From NCBI GenBank assembly GCA_965113315.1, contig OZ220377.1: a stretch of 64,000 nucleotides of DNA; one strand, written 5' to 3'. The notes beneath the pieces were generated by a model, which ran no database searches, was not told where the DNA came from, and worked only from the letters and a program-made list of their open reading frames with translations. This stretch comes from Podarcis vaucheri. Its lineage: Eukaryota. Below are positions 62,568-64,000 of the stretch, one piece after another. Numbering within the stretch: the first letter of the stretch is position 1; every line of letters starts with the position of its first letter. The translations under genes and the position numbers were made by a program.

Positions 62568-63150
62568 CCCGGGAGCGACCGGCGGACGGAGGAAGACCGG
62601 AGAGGAATGAGGAGGAGGAACAGCGGACAAGCAGGAGCCGCTCGAAAGAAGCCCCCTGAAGGTCACAGCCAGGCGGAGTGTAAGGACCCCGCCGCAGCTG
62701 CCCTAGCTATGCCGGTCTCGCTCGCGCCGCCCACGCACTTAGCCCGGAGGAAGCCGCCGAGCTGCTGGGAGGGCGGACGTGCCTGCCGGCCTTTCTCAGT
62801 GGCTGCTGTCTTCGCTGCCTTACCCGCGATTTTTAATTTTTTTCCCCCTCTTTTCTTTCCAGCAGGCGTTTATCGAAGACAACTGTCTATGGGGGTGGAG
62901 AGAATGCTTGTGCGCGTGCGCCCTCCGCAGGCGCTGACGGAAGGAGGGTGAACGAAGTCCGTGAAAAAAGGCAAGGAGCCGCTTCCAGCGAAGCGCACGC
63001 GCAGAAGCGGAACGCGGCCCCAGGCTGGCTTCCCCGGAGAGGTAGCAGCGGGCTTTTTCTTTTTGTCCGCAGCCTGGACAGGGAAAGCCGAAAAGGAAAA
63101 AAAAGAGCCCGTGGCAGGCAGCGAGGGCACCCTTAGAAGGCAGCCGTCAT
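62140..63150. promoter_or_regulatory. CpG island / ATP5MG promoter with two NRF1-like sites
   Basis: GC/CpG rich; GCGCACGCGCA at 62993-63003 and inverted at 62911-62921. Confidence 0.75.
62504..62567 (-). CDS. ATP5MG: ATP5MG exon 1
   Basis: [21 protein letters not shown]; G|gtcagt; 64 nt. Confidence 0.88.
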
Positions 63151-63513
63151 AACACACGTTTGCGGGCAGGTTATGGGTTGGGGGTGTTACAGTTAAATAA
63201 CCGCTGGTGCCCGTGAAAGAGTTTTTGAAACAATCATAGTCACTTGACTGTACAGATAAAGGCGGATCCAAGAGCACTTTTTGCATGCAGAAGCCCCCAA
63301 ATTCAGTGCTTAACCTTTCCAGGCAAGTCTTAGATCCCTGCCTCAAACCATGGAAAGTTGCCACCAATGTAGACAACTCTGAGCTAGGTGGACTTTATAA
63401 ACCCGACATCATAATAAATCTGACTTTATTTAAGGCAGTTTCTGACATTCCTAAATCTGAGCTTTCACAGCAGAGTACAGCCCCATCCATCACTGGTGGA
63501 ACACTCCCTAGGC

Positions 63514-63640
63514 CAGGGTTTCCCAAACTTGGGTCTCTAGCTGTCTTTGGACTACAATTTCCATCATTCCATTGTCTTGCCAGCTAGGGATGGGAGTTGT
63601 AGTCCAACAACAGTTAGAGACACAAATTTGGGAAACCGTA
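63514..63640. mobile_element. Palindromic hAT-type MITE
   Basis: cagggtttcccaaactt ... aatttgggaaaccgta; long inverted arms; 8-bp TSD-like ccctaggc / tcctagac. Confidence 0.8.
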
Positions 63641-64000
63641 TCCTAGACAAACCACCCACAGTGCCCCACTTCAATGTAGTGGGAGTAGCAGCATGCTTTT
63701 CACACACACCCCGCCCCCCGGATACCTGCTTCTTCAAATTCAGGTCTTCTTCCATGGGGAGTGGTTCAAAAAAAGATTGTGTAGGGGGAGATACTGTGGG
63801 ACACATTTAGACAGACCCTGTCATGGAGCCCTATCCAATTAATTAAATTTCTCCAAGCCAATGCACCCCTGAATACAGGCAAGTTGTGGAAGGAAGGGGA
63901 GGTGGTTATGGAAGCTATGGATAGGAGGAAGAAAGTGTCACAGGGTATAAAAAGACGGGCCTGTGACAAGCATGTTGCCTGCTTTGCGGGTTTTTGTTTA

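Noticed and set aside
63150-64000. UBE4A 3' end expected from synteny
   Set aside because: No recognisable coding exon; it may be UTR or intergenic, and I cannot support a call.

Overview
Vertebrate genomic DNA, not prokaryotic. Sauria-type SINEs, CR1 fragments and MITEs point to a squamate, probably a lacertid lizard (inference). Four intron-containing genes lie on the minus strand in the human 11q23 order. ATP5MG: 3 exons, 107 aa. KMT2A/MLL1: 36 coding exons traced by hand, 55742->11974, 11922 nt = 3973 aa, open throughout, with a ~3.3 kb 3'UTR. TTC36: 3 exons, 198 aa. TMEM25: 7 coding exons; the last exon lies outside the window. CpG islands mark the TMEM25, KMT2A and ATP5MG promoters. I found no new gene system. 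The best leads are (1) a natural Leu at the SET position equivalent to human Q3867, half of the engineered WDR5-independent MLL1 N3861I/Q3867L mutant; (2) Phe->Cys at the LEDGF/menin contact equivalent to F133; (3) four miR-193-3p seed sites, plus a miR-302-family/Pumilio module, in the KMT2A 3'UTR; (4) several non-standard splice sites. Coordinates were read by eye and human comparisons are from memory, so both need confirming by alignment.
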